Numbered from the stretch's first letter, positions 15,959 to 25,826 are shown. The stretch: 29,871 nucleotides of DNA from Candidatus Gastranaerophilales bacterium (GCA_028691575.1 JAQUYY010000001.1:1-29871); one strand, 5' to 3'. Notes: generated by a model from the letters alone, not told the origin. A program made the numbers and translations.

Positions 15959-16897
15959 ATGAGAATTTTATTTTTTGGCGTACCTGATATGGGAATAATT
16001 TGTTTTAACGCACTTGTGGCAAAACACCTCAAAAGTCTTGTCGGCGTCGTCCCTCCCGCTCCTACACATGCTGCTTTTACAATGATGATGAGTGCTGCCG
16101 AAGAACATAATTTACCTTGTATTTATTTTTCAAATTCCCCAAAAGAAAAACCTTTTATTGAAAAAATAAAACAATTAGAGCCTGATATCGGCATTGTTTG
16201 TGCGTTCAATCATTTAATTTCTCAGGAAATCATTGATATTTTTCCTCAAGGCATAATTAATTGCCATCCGTCACTTTTACCCGATTACAGAGGAGGAAAT
16301 CCTTATTTTCATGTAATTGCAAACAACGAAGAGCAAACGGGCGTAACTTTTCATTATATGGACAGCTCGTTTGATACAGGGGATATTATTTATCAGCGAA
16401 AAATTCCATTGGCTAAAAATGAAACAATCGGAACTTTGTTCAATAAATTAAATATGCTTTCTGCACAAATGGTAGTTGAACTTGTGGATAATTTAGAAAG
16501 TGGTCAAAAATTGCCAAGAGTGCCTCAAATAAACCATGAAAACCTTAGGAAAGCTCCTTCTGTCAAACAAGAAATTGGGGATACTTTCATAAAATGGGAG
16601 TGGGAAGCCTATTATATAGAAAGTTTTATACGGGCATGCAATCCGTTTTGGGGAGCAGTAACCAATTTTAGAGGATGTCTTACTAAAATTTGGAGCGGGT
16701 ATTATGCTTCGGATAAAACCTATTCAAATGTACAACTCGGAACAATTGTAGAAGTTTCAACAGATAAAATCGGTATATTAACAGGCAAAGGTGTATTTTA
16801 TCCGACTTGTTTTACAATCGGCAGCTTTGTTTTAACTGAAATAAAAGATTTTATCTCTAGAACTAATCCCAAAGTGGGGGAAAGATTTTTAAGCTGA
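15959..16897 (+). CDS. Fmt-like 10-formyl-THF-dependent formyltransferase
   Basis: INCHPSLLPDYRGGNP, TGVTFHYMDSSFDTGDII, C-terminal IRACNPFWGA; N-terminus FFGVPDMG differs from canonical FMGTPxF. Confidence 0.8.
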   Translation: MRILFFGVPDMGIICFNALVAKHLKSLVGVVPPAPTHAAFTMMMSAAEEHNLPCIYFSNSPKEKPFIEKIKQLEPDIGIVCAFNHLISQEIIDIFPQGIINCHPSLLPDYRGGNPYFHVIANNEEQTGVTFHYMDSSFDTGDIIYQRKIPLAKNETIGTLFNKLNMLSAQMVVELVDNLESGQKLPRVPQINHENLRKAPSVKQEIGDTFIKWEWEAYYIESFIRACNPFWGAVTNFRGCLTKIWSGYYASDKTYSNVQLGTIVEVSTDKIGILTGKGVFYPTCFTIGSFVLTEIKDFISRTNPKVGERFLS

Positions 16898-16941
16898 TTT
16901 TTATTAAAATAAAAGATGTAAAAGCTTAAAAGGTAAATTTT

Positions 16942-17478
16942 ATGAAAAATTCAATGGAAGAAAAAACAATATCATCTGTGCAAAAACATAGGGGCTTGAT
17001 TATTAATGTTCGAGAAGATACGGTTATTTTTGAAGACGGTTCTGAGCATAAAAGAGAAGTTGCAACTCACCCGGGAGGTGTCGTAATTGCAGCATTTAAT
17101 AATAAAAATGAAATTTTATTGATTCGACAATGGCGTCATCCCATTCAAAAAAAATTGATTGAGCTTCCTGCCGGAAAACTTGATTATGGCGAAGATCCTT
17201 TTGTGGCAGCCAAAAGAGAACTCGAAGAAGAAACGGGTTTTATTGCAAATAAATGGAAGAAATTAGGCGAAATATACTCTACCCCGGGATTTTGTGATGA
17301 AAAACTGCACATTTACAGAGCCGATAATTTAACAAAAACCCAAACAAACTTTGATGATGGCGAATATATAGAAACTTTTTGTATTAGTTTCAAAGAAGCC
17401 ATAAATATGATAAAATTATCAAAAATACAAGATGCAAAAACAATAGCAGCTATAGGAATGCTCAATTGGAATGAATAA
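16942..17478 (+). CDS. nudF: NUDIX hydrolase, ADP-ribose pyrophosphatase-like
   Basis: Nudix box ELPAGKLDYGEDPFVAAKRELEEETG; HPGGV, QWRHP, STPGFCDE, DAKT. Confidence 0.8.
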   Translation: MKNSMEEKTISSVQKHRGLIINVREDTVIFEDGSEHKREVATHPGGVVIAAFNNKNEILLIRQWRHPIQKKLIELPAGKLDYGEDPFVAAKRELEEETGFIANKWKKLGEIYSTPGFCDEKLHIYRADNLTKTQTNFDDGEYIETFCISFKEAINMIKLSKIQDAKTIAAIGMLNWNE

Positions 17479-18274
17479 TATTAAATTAATAGTACTAGAT
17501 ATTGATGGAACCCTTATGGATAAGAACTTTCACATCTCAGATGGGGTGAAAAACGTTATCTCAAAAGCAATTTCAAAAGATATAAAAGTAGTTCTCGCAA
17601 CAGGCAGAATGCATAGTGCAACTGTTCCTATTGCCAAAAAATTAGGCATAACAACACCTTTAATTACATATCAAGGTGCTATGATCAGAGAATATCTGAA
17701 TTCTGATAAAATTCTTTTTCATGAGCCTGTTGAGGATAAGTTTTCAAGAAAAATAATTGCCGAATTAAGACAAAAAGACGTTCAAATTAATGTTTACATG
17801 GATGATATTTTATTTGTTGAAACAGAAGGTGCTATTTTAAAAGAATATGCGAATAAACGATTTATTTCTTATAAAAAAGTAAATTCCTTTGATAAAGTTG
17901 AAAAAATTGAAGCTACAAAAATTCTTGCAATGGCAAAAACATCACAATATGCAGATGATTTAACGGATTATCTTAACCAAAAGTATTCTCAAGATTTATA
18001 TATAACAAAATCCATGCCTGAATACTGTGAAATAGCTGACAACAAGGTTTCTAAGGGCAAAGCTATTTTATATCTGGCAAATTTATGGAATATTAACAAA
18101 TCTCAAATTATGGCAGCAGGAGACGGCGAAAACGATATTGAAATGCTTAAAATTGCAGGTTTATCTGTTGTTATGGGCAATGCCAGTAATAAAGTTAAAC
18201 AAAATGCTGATTTTATAACAGATACGGTTGATAACGACGGAATCGTTACCGCTATTGAAAAATTTGCACTTTAA
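17471..18274 (+). CDS. Cof-type HAD-IIB hydrolase
   Basis: LDIDGTL, LATGR, SKGKAI, AAGDGENDIEML. Confidence 0.92.
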   Translation: MNNIKLIVLDIDGTLMDKNFHISDGVKNVISKAISKDIKVVLATGRMHSATVPIAKKLGITTPLITYQGAMIREYLNSDKILFHEPVEDKFSRKIIAELRQKDVQINVYMDDILFVETEGAILKEYANKRFISYKKVNSFDKVEKIEATKILAMAKTSQYADDLTDYLNQKYSQDLYITKSMPEYCEIADNKVSKGKAILYLANLWNINKSQIMAAGDGENDIEMLKIAGLSVVMGNASNKVKQNADFITDTVDNDGIVTAIEKFAL

Positions 18275-18331
18275 TTCATCAAATAAAGCTTACTTTATCG
18301 ACTTTTTTATTATAAACCTTTTCCCCACTTA

Positions 18332-19057
18332 TTATTCAGCTTTGCAAGTTCCTGTTGTATAATCTATATCATCACAATATAAGGCTAATTTTGAACAGTG
18401 TTGTCCCAGATTAGCACTGGTTGATGTAGAATCTTCAAGGCAAGAATATGTTCCGGGGGCGCTCGGATCTGAGTTCCAACCATGTACTTTGACTATTCCG
18501 TTAGGACGCCCACCACAATAAAAAATATCTTTTCCCTGCATATTAGGCTTTTTAGAACCATTTACATCTACTCCAAAATAAACCAATTGACAATCGGCTG
18601 ATCCGTCGACACATCTGTTTCTGACAGCACCAATTCTCACATAAGCTCCATTTGATAGTATCGCAGTATATTGTACAGAAAAATTACTATTTATTTCTGT
18701 TCCATTTAAAGTAAAATATTCGCCAACTTCGTGCCAACAAGGATTGTCGGTTGTTTCTGTTGCAGAAGAGGGACCTTTTTTTATGTAATTCATTTTTTCC
18801 AAAAGGAGATTACCAAAAGTATTATCTAATTCACTGCTATTACCCTCTGCTGTAAAAACACCGTTTAAAGTACCTCCATGATCTAAAGATGCAAGCCTCC
18901 AAGCCTGCGAAATATCTGCATAAGATTTTTTCCATTTTGCGATATTTTCAGCGTTGTTTGTTGTACCAAACAACATCGGCGTTACGATGGAGGCAATTAT
19001 CCCGATTATAGCAATTACTATTAATGTTTCTGCCAGCGTAAAGCCAAGTTTTTTCAT
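18332..19057 (-). CDS. Type IV pilin-like protein, paralogue D
   Basis: MKKLG|FTLAETLIVIAIIGIIASIVTPMLFG; DVNGSKKPNMQGKDIF; Cys-rich C-terminus. Confidence 0.88.
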   Translation of the reverse strand: MKKLGFTLAETLIVIAIIGIIASIVTPMLFGTTNNAENIAKWKKSYADISQAWRLASLDHGGTLNGVFTAEGNSSELDNTFGNLLLEKMNYIKKGPSSATETTDNPCWHEVGEYFTLNGTEINSNFSVQYTAILSNGAYVRIGAVRNRCVDGSADCQLVYFGVDVNGSKKPNMQGKDIFYCGGRPNGIVKVHGWNSDPSAPGTYSCLEDSTSTSANLGQHCSKLALYCDDIDYTTGTCKAE

Positions 19058-19092
19058 GAGAATATTCCCTTTTTTATTACAACAATAAAATT

Positions 19093-19121
19093 ATTATATA
19101 GAATAAAGCAAATAATATCAA
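19093..19121 (-). promoter_or_regulatory. sigma70 promoter of pilin D
   Basis: TTGATA-N17-TATAAT on the minus strand. Confidence 0.65.
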
Positions 19122-19200
19122 TAAACTGTTTACATTACTTTTAGCGAAAAACCTCTGTTTTGTTAGATTACGGAGGCTTTTTATTTAAAAATATTAAAAT

Positions 19201-19743
19201 TTATTTAACTTCTATAGTTTCTTCTTGCGAAGATTCTTTTTTATTCTCTTTTTTGTTAATTATTTCATTTTGTTCTTTTTTATCACATTCATTGTCATTT
19301 TTTTCTTCACAAGTTGAAACAATATTTTTTTCAGTTTCTTCCTCTAAATTAGCTTCTGATTCAATTTCTGCTTCTAATGAATTTAGTTTTTCCTGTTTTT
19401 GAACTTTTTCTCTCTCTGCTGCTTCTATTTCTTCTTTCTTTTTGGCTCTAAGAACCGGAATACTTGCAACAAGCGCAATTGTATTGGTTTCACTCTCAAG
19501 GTTTAAATCAAGTGCTTCTCTATCAATTTCTACATATTTAGAAATAACGTCAACAAGCTCATCTTTCATTTTAGAAAGTGTGGCAGGATCAAGATTTGTT
19601 CTGTCATGCATAAGAACAAGTTTTAATCTGTTTTTTGCATCTTCTTTTGATGTATTTTCATTTTCTTTCGTTGAAAAACTTGCAGCAATCAAATTATTAC
19701 ATCTTACGATTATATCACTTAACATTTCATTTATAGCTCTCAT
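19201..19743 (-). CDS. minE: Cell division topological specificity factor MinE with a long acidic C-terminal tail
   Basis: SKEDAKNRLKLVLMHDR...MKDELVDVISKYVEID...ALVASIPV; downstream of minD. Confidence 0.88.
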   Translation of the reverse strand: MRAINEMLSDIIVRCNNLIAASFSTKENENTSKEDAKNRLKLVLMHDRTNLDPATLSKMKDELVDVISKYVEIDREALDLNLESETNTIALVASIPVLRAKKKEEIEAAEREKVQKQEKLNSLEAEIESEANLEEETEKNIVSTCEEKNDNECDKKEQNEIINKKENKKESSQEETIEVK

Positions 19744-19761
19744 TTATTAAATCCCCCTTTC

Positions 19762-20565
19762 CTACTTAGCAACGGCAAAAAAATTCTTAACTTTTTCAAT
19801 CCAAGTAGGCGGTTCGTTTAAGTCTAAGAACGGCACTTCTTCACCATTAATTCTTTTAGCTACATTTAAATACGCTTGACCGGCTTTTGAAGAATTTTCA
19901 TTGACAATAGGCTCACCCTTGTTTGTACTTGTAATAATGCCTACATCTTCAGGAATTACGCCTAAAAGATTAACTGAAAGAATATCTAAAACATCTTCAA
20001 CACTCATCATATCATTTGTTTTAATTAAATTAGGGCGAACTCTGTTTAAAACAAGTTTATAGCTTTCTATTTTTTCATTTGCTTCTAAAAGCCCAATAAT
20101 TCTATCGGCATCACGAACGGCAGACATTTCAGGCGTTGTAATGACAATAGCTTCAGTTGCACCTGCAACGGCATTTTGAAAACCCTGTTCAATTCCGGCA
20201 GGACAATCTACCAAAACAAAATCAAATTCTTCTTTTAATTTTTCACAAATATCTTTCATTTGTTCAGAGGAAAGTGCTGATTTATCACGTGTTTGAGCTG
20301 CAGCGAGAAGAACAAGATTGGGATTTTTTTTATCTTTTACCAGAGCTTGTTTTAACTTGCATCTTTCTTCTATAACATCAATAATTGTATAAACAATTCG
20401 ATTTTCCAATCCCATAAGCAAATCAAGGTTTCTAAGACCGATATCAGTATCAATCATTGCTACTTTTGCGCCATTTTTTGCAAGAGCAGTTCCTATATTT
20501 GCTGTTGAAGTTGTTTTGCCTACACCGCCCTTACCAGACGTTACAACTATTACTCTTCCGGCCAT
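19762..20565 (-). CDS. minD: Septum site-determining ATPase MinD
   Basis: VTSGKGGVGKTT, DTDIGLRNLD, DCPAGIEQGF, RDADR, C-terminal amphipathic helix WIEKVKNFF. Confidence 0.96.
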   Translation of the reverse strand: MAGRVIVVTSGKGGVGKTTSTANIGTALAKNGAKVAMIDTDIGLRNLDLLMGLENRIVYTIIDVIEERCKLKQALVKDKKNPNLVLLAAAQTRDKSALSSEQMKDICEKLKEEFDFVLVDCPAGIEQGFQNAVAGATEAIVITTPEMSAVRDADRIIGLLEANEKIESYKLVLNRVRPNLIKTNDMMSVEDVLDILSVNLLGVIPEDVGIITSTNKGEPIVNENSSKAGQAYLNVAKRINGEEVPFLDLNEPPTWIEKVKNFFAVAK

Positions 20566-20586
20566 ACTCTGGTTTTCCTCCTATTA

Positions 20587-21282
20587 TTATCCATTTAAAG
20601 AATGAATTATTATCTCACCGTCAACAATTTTAGCTTCTTCAGGCACATATGCATCGGGTTTTTCAATTTTTTCCATATGAACTTTATCGGGACGTCTTGC
20701 GTAAAGATCCGCAAGCCTTAATTGAATAGCGTTTATTTTTAAAGCTCTTATTGATGCGCTTCTGTTTCCTTTAGCTCCGGCATGGGCAATTCCGCTGAGG
20801 ATGCCCCATATGGTTACATCACCCGAGGCTATAATTTCAGACCCCGGATTGCAATCGCCGATAACGACAATATTTCCGTCAAATTCAATAGTCTGTCCCG
20901 AGCGCAAAGTTTGTTTTAAATAAAAAGTTTGCACCGATGAGCCTTTTATATCGGAATTTGCACTTTGCATTCCATCTTTTTCTTTGCTTTCATGATTTTT
21001 GCTGGCAACTGCCAAGCCTGCTTTTAGCGACGCTAATTGTGTTTTTGGCGAATCTGTATGAACCAGCATTAAATCAATCCCGAAATTTTCCAAAATGGAT
21101 TTGATACTGAAAATATGTGACTCTGTTAAATCTATATCACCTAATTGTAACTGAATTCCTTGTCCCTTGTACTCTTCTTTTTCGGCAATATTGCTAATTT
21201 CAAGAAGAACAGAGGTGGTGTTTTTGCAGTTTGAAAAATCTACGAAATTTTTTTCCGTTAATAAATTAGTCATGCCAACCAC
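20587..21282 (-). CDS. minC: Septum site-determining protein MinC
   Basis: TLRSGQTIEFDGNIVVIGDCNPGSEIIASGDVTIWGILSGIAHAG. Confidence 0.92.
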   Translation of the reverse strand: MVGMTNLLTEKNFVDFSNCKNTTSVLLEISNIAEKEEYKGQGIQLQLGDIDLTESHIFSIKSILENFGIDLMLVHTDSPKTQLASLKAGLAVASKNHESKEKDGMQSANSDIKGSSVQTFYLKQTLRSGQTIEFDGNIVVIGDCNPGSEIIASGDVTIWGILSGIAHAGAKGNRSASIRALKINAIQLRLADLYARRPDKVHMEKIEKPDAYVPEEAKIVDGEIIIHSLNG

Positions 21283-21530
21283 TCACTTTTTCAATTATCC
21301 AAGTCGTTATAAGTATATCCTTATAGGATATATTAAAGAACCATAAAACACAATCTGTTGTTAGTTTTTTGTTAATAAAAATCAATAAAACAGCCAAATT
21401 CAATAATGAACTGTTATTCAACATTTACATGAGTATTTATAAACAAATCTTAATTATAAAAGTTAATATTTAAAGTATTTTAGGCTCTATTCTTATATAA
21501 TATTTATAATTATGTTAAATTGGAGTTAAT

Positions 21531-22886
21531 ATGGCAAAAGTTACAGCCCTTAGAAAAATTGAAAAACTGCCGCCTCAAAGTCTTGAGGCAGAAGAAGCTG
21601 TTTTGGGTGCTGTTCTTGTAAATCCCATGTCAATTATTCAAGTTATGGAAAGCCTTGCTCCGGAACATTTTTACAAACCGGCACATAAGCAAATATATTC
21701 TGCAATGATTGATTTATGCAATAAAAGCCAACCTATTGATGTTGTTACGGTTTCTGAATACCTAAGGGATGCTGATAAGCTCGAATTAGTGGGCGGAAGA
21801 GCTTATATAAATGATTTGGCTTTAAATGTCATCACTACTGCAAATATTGAATATTATGCAAAAATTATTTCAGAAAAATCAGTATTAAGAGAACTTATAA
21901 ATGCCGGAACAGAGATTGTTACTCAAGCTTATGATGAAAGTTCTTCTGAAATGACTTTAGATACAGCAGAAAAGCTTATTTTTTCAATCGCCCAAAAAAA
22001 AGTTTCAAAAGATTTAATACCGATTAAAGAACTTATAATGCCAAGTTATTCTATGATTGAGTATCGTTACAACAACAGAGATGAATTAATCGGTGTGCCG
22101 AGCGGATTTATTGATTTAGACAATATTACTGCCGGTTTCCAGCCATCTGACTTGATAATTTTAGCAGCAAGACCTTCAATGGGAAAAACGGCATTTAGTT
22201 TAAATATTGCTCAAGAAGTTGCGATAAGAAAAAAACTTCCGACTGCTATTTTTAGTTTAGAAATGTCAAAAGAGCAGTTGGTACAAAGAGTTCTGTGCTC
22301 AGAAGCCGAGATTGACTCTAATAGATTAAGAACAGGACATATGCAATCTGATGATTGGTCAAGATTAACAAATGCAATGGGTACAATTGCTGAAGCACCT
22401 ATGTATATCGATGATTCGCCGGCAGCTACTATTATGGACATTCGGGCAAAATGTCGGCGTTTAACTATGGAACACGGGAAAATTGGTCTTGTGATTATTG
22501 ACTATTTACAGTTAATGGGCGGGACTAGCAATAATGACAGGGTTCAGGAAATTTCTGCAATTTCAAGAGGCTTAAAAGGAATAGCAAGGGAATTAAATGT
22601 TCCAATCATTGCATTATCACAACTTTCAAGAGCGGTTGAGAGCAGAACAATTAAAAAACCAATGCTTAGTGACCTTAGAGAATCGGGTGCTATTGAGCAA
22701 GACGCTGATATTGTTATGTTTATTTACAGAGAAGATTATTATGATCCTGAAAACGTTGAAAAACGCGGCAAAGCTGAAATTATTATTGCAAAACAAAGAA
22801 ACGGTCCTGTAGGGTCGGTTGAATTATTGTTCCAACCAAATATAACACGGTTTAAAAACCCTACTCAATCAATGCCGTCGTTTTAG
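21531..22886 (+). CDS. dnaB: Replicative DNA helicase DnaB
   Basis: PPQSLEAEEAVLG, LAARPSMGKT, FSLEMS, IDYLQLM, LSQLSRAVE, SDLRESGAIEQDAD, AKQRNGP. Confidence 0.97.
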   Translation: MAKVTALRKIEKLPPQSLEAEEAVLGAVLVNPMSIIQVMESLAPEHFYKPAHKQIYSAMIDLCNKSQPIDVVTVSEYLRDADKLELVGGRAYINDLALNVITTANIEYYAKIISEKSVLRELINAGTEIVTQAYDESSSEMTLDTAEKLIFSIAQKKVSKDLIPIKELIMPSYSMIEYRYNNRDELIGVPSGFIDLDNITAGFQPSDLIILAARPSMGKTAFSLNIAQEVAIRKKLPTAIFSLEMSKEQLVQRVLCSEAEIDSNRLRTGHMQSDDWSRLTNAMGTIAEAPMYIDDSPAATIMDIRAKCRRLTMEHGKIGLVIIDYLQLMGGTSNNDRVQEISAISRGLKGIARELNVPIIALSQLSRAVESRTIKKPMLSDLRESGAIEQDADIVMFIYREDYYDPENVEKRGKAEIIIAKQRNGPVGSVELLFQPNITRFKNPTQSMPSF

Positions 22887-22917
22887 GCAATTTTTATAAA
22901 TATATATAAACAACTGA

Positions 22918-22946
22918 TTGCCAATAATTACAATAAAGCATATAAT
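22918..22946 (+). promoter_or_regulatory. sigma70 promoter of pilin C
   Basis: TTGCCA (22918-22923), N17, TATAAT (22941-22946). Confidence 0.65.
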
Positions 22947-22998
22947 TAAAAGTAATATTAAAATAATAAAAAGAATAAAATAAAAGGAGTAGGAAAAA

Positions 22999-23718
22999 AT
23001 GTTAAAGCGAATGCAGCAATCAAATAATAAATTTGTAAGAAAGCTAGGATTTACTTTAGCAGAAACTCTTATTGTAATAGCAATAATCGGAATAATAGCC
23101 TCAATAGTAACGCCAATGTTGTTTGGCACGACAAGCGATGCTGAACTAAAAGCAGCATGGAAAAAGTCGTATTCTGATTTATCACAAGCAACAATGATGA
23201 TTGTAGCTGATAACGGAGGAACTTTAGCAGGCGCATTCCCTGGAGATGGAGCAGGAGCCGAAGATTTGAAAAATGCTTATGCTTCTAAATTAAACATAAT
23301 AAAAGATTGCTCAGGTACTTCTACCTATGGAGGAACCGGATCAGGAGTAGCGGCGGAAGGTTGTTGGCATTTATATGATGCTTGGTATTTTTTAAATGGG
23401 ACAACAACCGGTTGGACTCAATCTTTTCCCGGTTTGATTCTAAATAATGGAAGTTTAATATATTTTATTCTTAATAAGTCTGATTGTAGTTCTTCCAGAG
23501 GAGATTATGAACGATGTGCGGAAATATATTTGGATGTAAATGGTTTTAAAAAGCCTAATATAATAGGTAAAGATATATTTGTAATGTCAATAACTTCAAA
23601 TGCATTAATACCGTTAGGTGCAAGAGGAGATCTTGAACCATCAATAACATGTGTGGAAGGTTCTACAGCTACTGATAATTATGGTTATGGCTGTTCGGCG
23701 AAGTATCTGTATGAATAA
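22999..23718 (+). CDS. Type IV pilin-like protein, paralogue C (close to A and B)
   Basis: RKLG|FTLAE...; DVNGFKKPNIIGKDIF; ends GCSAKYLYE like A and B; AAGGAG SD. Confidence 0.88.
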   Translation: MLKRMQQSNNKFVRKLGFTLAETLIVIAIIGIIASIVTPMLFGTTSDAELKAAWKKSYSDLSQATMMIVADNGGTLAGAFPGDGAGAEDLKNAYASKLNIIKDCSGTSTYGGTGSGVAAEGCWHLYDAWYFLNGTTTGWTQSFPGLILNNGSLIYFILNKSDCSSSRGDYERCAEIYLDVNGFKKPNIIGKDIFVMSITSNALIPLGARGDLEPSITCVEGSTATDNYGYGCSAKYLYE

Positions 23719-23726
23719 AAATAGCC

Positions 23727-23820
23727 TGTCATCCTGAACTTGTTTCAGGATCTAATAAATTAACAATAAAGAGCAAATAATGAAAAACCGGAAAGATGCT
23801 GAAATAAATTCAGCATGACA
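23727..23820. repeat. Inverted doublet of REP-like palindromes (GTCAT type)
   Basis: TGTCATCCTGAACTTGTTTCAGGATCT (23727-23753) and AGATGCTGAAATAAATTCAGCATGACA (23794-23820), the latter a reverse-complement variant. Confidence 0.8.
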
Positions 23821-23832
23821 TTTTGTGAGTCT

Positions 23833-23891
23833 GTAAGGTAGGTTCACTAACCCACCAAGCTATAGGTTAGATAAATTTTAATTTACCCAAC
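23833..23891. repeat. Two further degenerate REP-like hairpins (GTAG/GTAA type)
   Basis: GTAA-GGTAGGTT-cact-AACCCACC and (ctata)GGTTAGATAAAT-ttta-ATTTACCCAAC; both pair fully with G-T on the minus strand. Confidence 0.55.
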
Positions 23892-23928
23892 AGGTTAAAA
23901 TTAAGCAAAAAATTTCTATTATTAATCA

Positions 23929-25239
23929 CTAAATATCGCCAAATAAATCGTATTCGTTAGCATTTGTTATTTTTACAAATTCAATGTCACCCGGTAATAG
24001 AGATTTTTTTGTGTCAATGTAAACAAAACCGTCTATTTCAGGAGCATCTCGGTATGTTCTTCCTATAATTTGCCCGTCATCTGAAATATTTTCAATAATT
24101 GTCGGAAGTTTTTTACCAATAAGTGATTGATTAATTTGAGAAGAAATATTTTGTTGCAATATCATCAGCTCTTTTTTCCGCTGCTTTTTGATTTTGGCAG
24201 GAACTTGAGGTTTTAGTGAATATGATTTTGTATTTTTTTCTTTTGAATATTCAAAAACACCCATTTTATCAAATTTATTTTTTTCTATAAAATTGTATAA
24301 ATGCTCAAAATGTTTTTCAGTTTCGCAAGGATAGCCGACAATAAAAGCTGTTCTTATTGCTACATCCTTTATATTATCTCTAAATTTTTTAATCATATCG
24401 CTATAATCAAAATCAGGACGATTCATTAGCTTCAAAATTTCAGTATGACTATGCTGGAGTGGAATATCAATATATTTAACAACTTTATCCAAATTTGCAT
24501 ACGCTTTTATCAGTTCATCGTTAAAAAGTCCCGGATAAGTATACATAACACGAATCCAGCTAATTTCTTCAACCTCGTTTAGAGCTGTTAATAATTTTGC
24601 TAAAGACGGTTTTTTGTAAATATCTTTGCCATAGTTTGTAGTATCTTGTGCGATCAAAACTATTTCATTGACACCTTTTGAGCCTAAATATCGAGCTTCT
24701 TGCACAATATTTTCAATAGGTCTGCTGATATAAGACCCCCTTAATTGGGGAATAATACAATATCCGCAGTTATAATCACAGCCTTCGGCTATTTTTATAT
24801 AAGAGCTTGAACCCATTGTGATTTGCTGACGCTCAATTCCTTCTGGATAAATATATTTTGGCTCTGTTGAAATTTCGTTAATAAAATGTGTTTTGTCTAA
24901 TTTTTCAATTACTTCAACAATTTTTGAAATATCAGAAGTCCCAAGCATTGCAAGGGTTTCAGGGATTGCATCGAACAGTTGTTTTTTGTGTTTTTGAGGC
25001 AAACAGCCTGTTATTATAATTTTTTTGCCCTTATTTACCATTTCTAAAATAGAGCGTACTGACTCGGTTTCGGCATCATGAATAAAAGAACAGGTATTAA
25101 TTATGACAATTTCAGCCTTATCAACATTTAAAGTTATGTCGTATCCTGCTTTTGTCAAAAAACCCAACATAAGCTCGGAATCTACCAAATTTTTGGGGCA
25201 ACCATGATTTATTAAGCCAATAACAGGTTTTTTCAACAT
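23929..25239 (-). CDS. rimO: Ribosomal protein S12 methylthiotransferase RimO
   Basis: GCPKNLVDSE, INTCSFI, KIAEGCDYNCGYCIIPQLRG (radical SAM CxxxCxxC), DAPEIDG TRAM domain. Confidence 0.95.
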   Translation of the reverse strand: MLKKPVIGLINHGCPKNLVDSELMLGFLTKAGYDITLNVDKAEIVIINTCSFIHDAETESVRSILEMVNKGKKIIITGCLPQKHKKQLFDAIPETLAMLGTSDISKIVEVIEKLDKTHFINEISTEPKYIYPEGIERQQITMGSSSYIKIAEGCDYNCGYCIIPQLRGSYISRPIENIVQEARYLGSKGVNEIVLIAQDTTNYGKDIYKKPSLAKLLTALNEVEEISWIRVMYTYPGLFNDELIKAYANLDKVVKYIDIPLQHSHTEILKLMNRPDFDYSDMIKKFRDNIKDVAIRTAFIVGYPCETEKHFEHLYNFIEKNKFDKMGVFEYSKEKNTKSYSLKPQVPAKIKKQRKKELMILQQNISSQINQSLIGKKLPTIIENISDDGQIIGRTYRDAPEIDGFVYIDTKKSLLPGDIEFVKITNANEYDLFGDI

Positions 25240-25242
25240 TTT

Positions 25243-25743
25243 TTACCTGTAATTTGTAAACTGCAAAGCAATATCATATTTGTCCTCATTTTCACGAAGC
25301 ATTTTTATAATTGATTGCAATTCATCCTTATCTTTGCCTGAAACCCTTACCTGATCTCCTTGAATAGCGGCTTGAACTTTTATTTTTGAATTTTTAATAT
25401 CAGCAACGATTTTTTTAGCTAATTCAGCTGACAATCCTTTTTTTAATAAAAAAACTTGTCTGACATTTCCGCCAAGGGCACTTTCAACCTTTTGAGCATC
25501 AAGAATTTTTATACTTAAACCTCTTTTCGTTAATTTTGATTGCAAAATATCAACAATATTTTTTAATTTCATATCATCATTTGAAGTAATTGTTATACTT
25601 TTATCAGCTTCTAGATCAACTGTGCTGTTGCTGTTTTTCAAATCAAACCTGGCTGAAATATCCCGATTCGTTTGATCAATTGCATTTACAAGCTCTTGTT
25701 TGTCAAATTCTGACACAACATCAAAACTACTCTCTTTTGCCAT
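25243..25743 (-). CDS. yajQ: YajQ family nucleotide/c-di-GMP-binding protein
   Basis: SFDVVSEFDKQELVNAIDQ, RFDLK, KVQAAIQGDQVRVSGK, LQFTNYR. Confidence 0.95.
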   Translation of the reverse strand: MAKESSFDVVSEFDKQELVNAIDQTNRDISARFDLKNSNSTVDLEADKSITITSNDDMKLKNIVDILQSKLTKRGLSIKILDAQKVESALGGNVRQVFLLKKGLSAELAKKIVADIKNSKIKVQAAIQGDQVRVSGKDKDELQSIIKMLRENEDKYDIALQFTNYR

Positions 25744-25826
25744 TTTAAAGCTCCTTATAATTAAGTTAATAACTATAAAATACCAAAAATGCAGTCATTA
25801 AACAAGGATTTTACAAATATAAAAGT

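Noticed and set aside
21493-21520. TTATGTTAAAT, a perfect XerD arm of a dif site, in a window that encodes XerD
   Set aside because: With a 6-bp spacer the left arm (TTATATAATAT) does not resemble a XerC arm ending in ATAA, and an 11-mer that is 10/11 A/T is plausible by chance in this AT-rich window.
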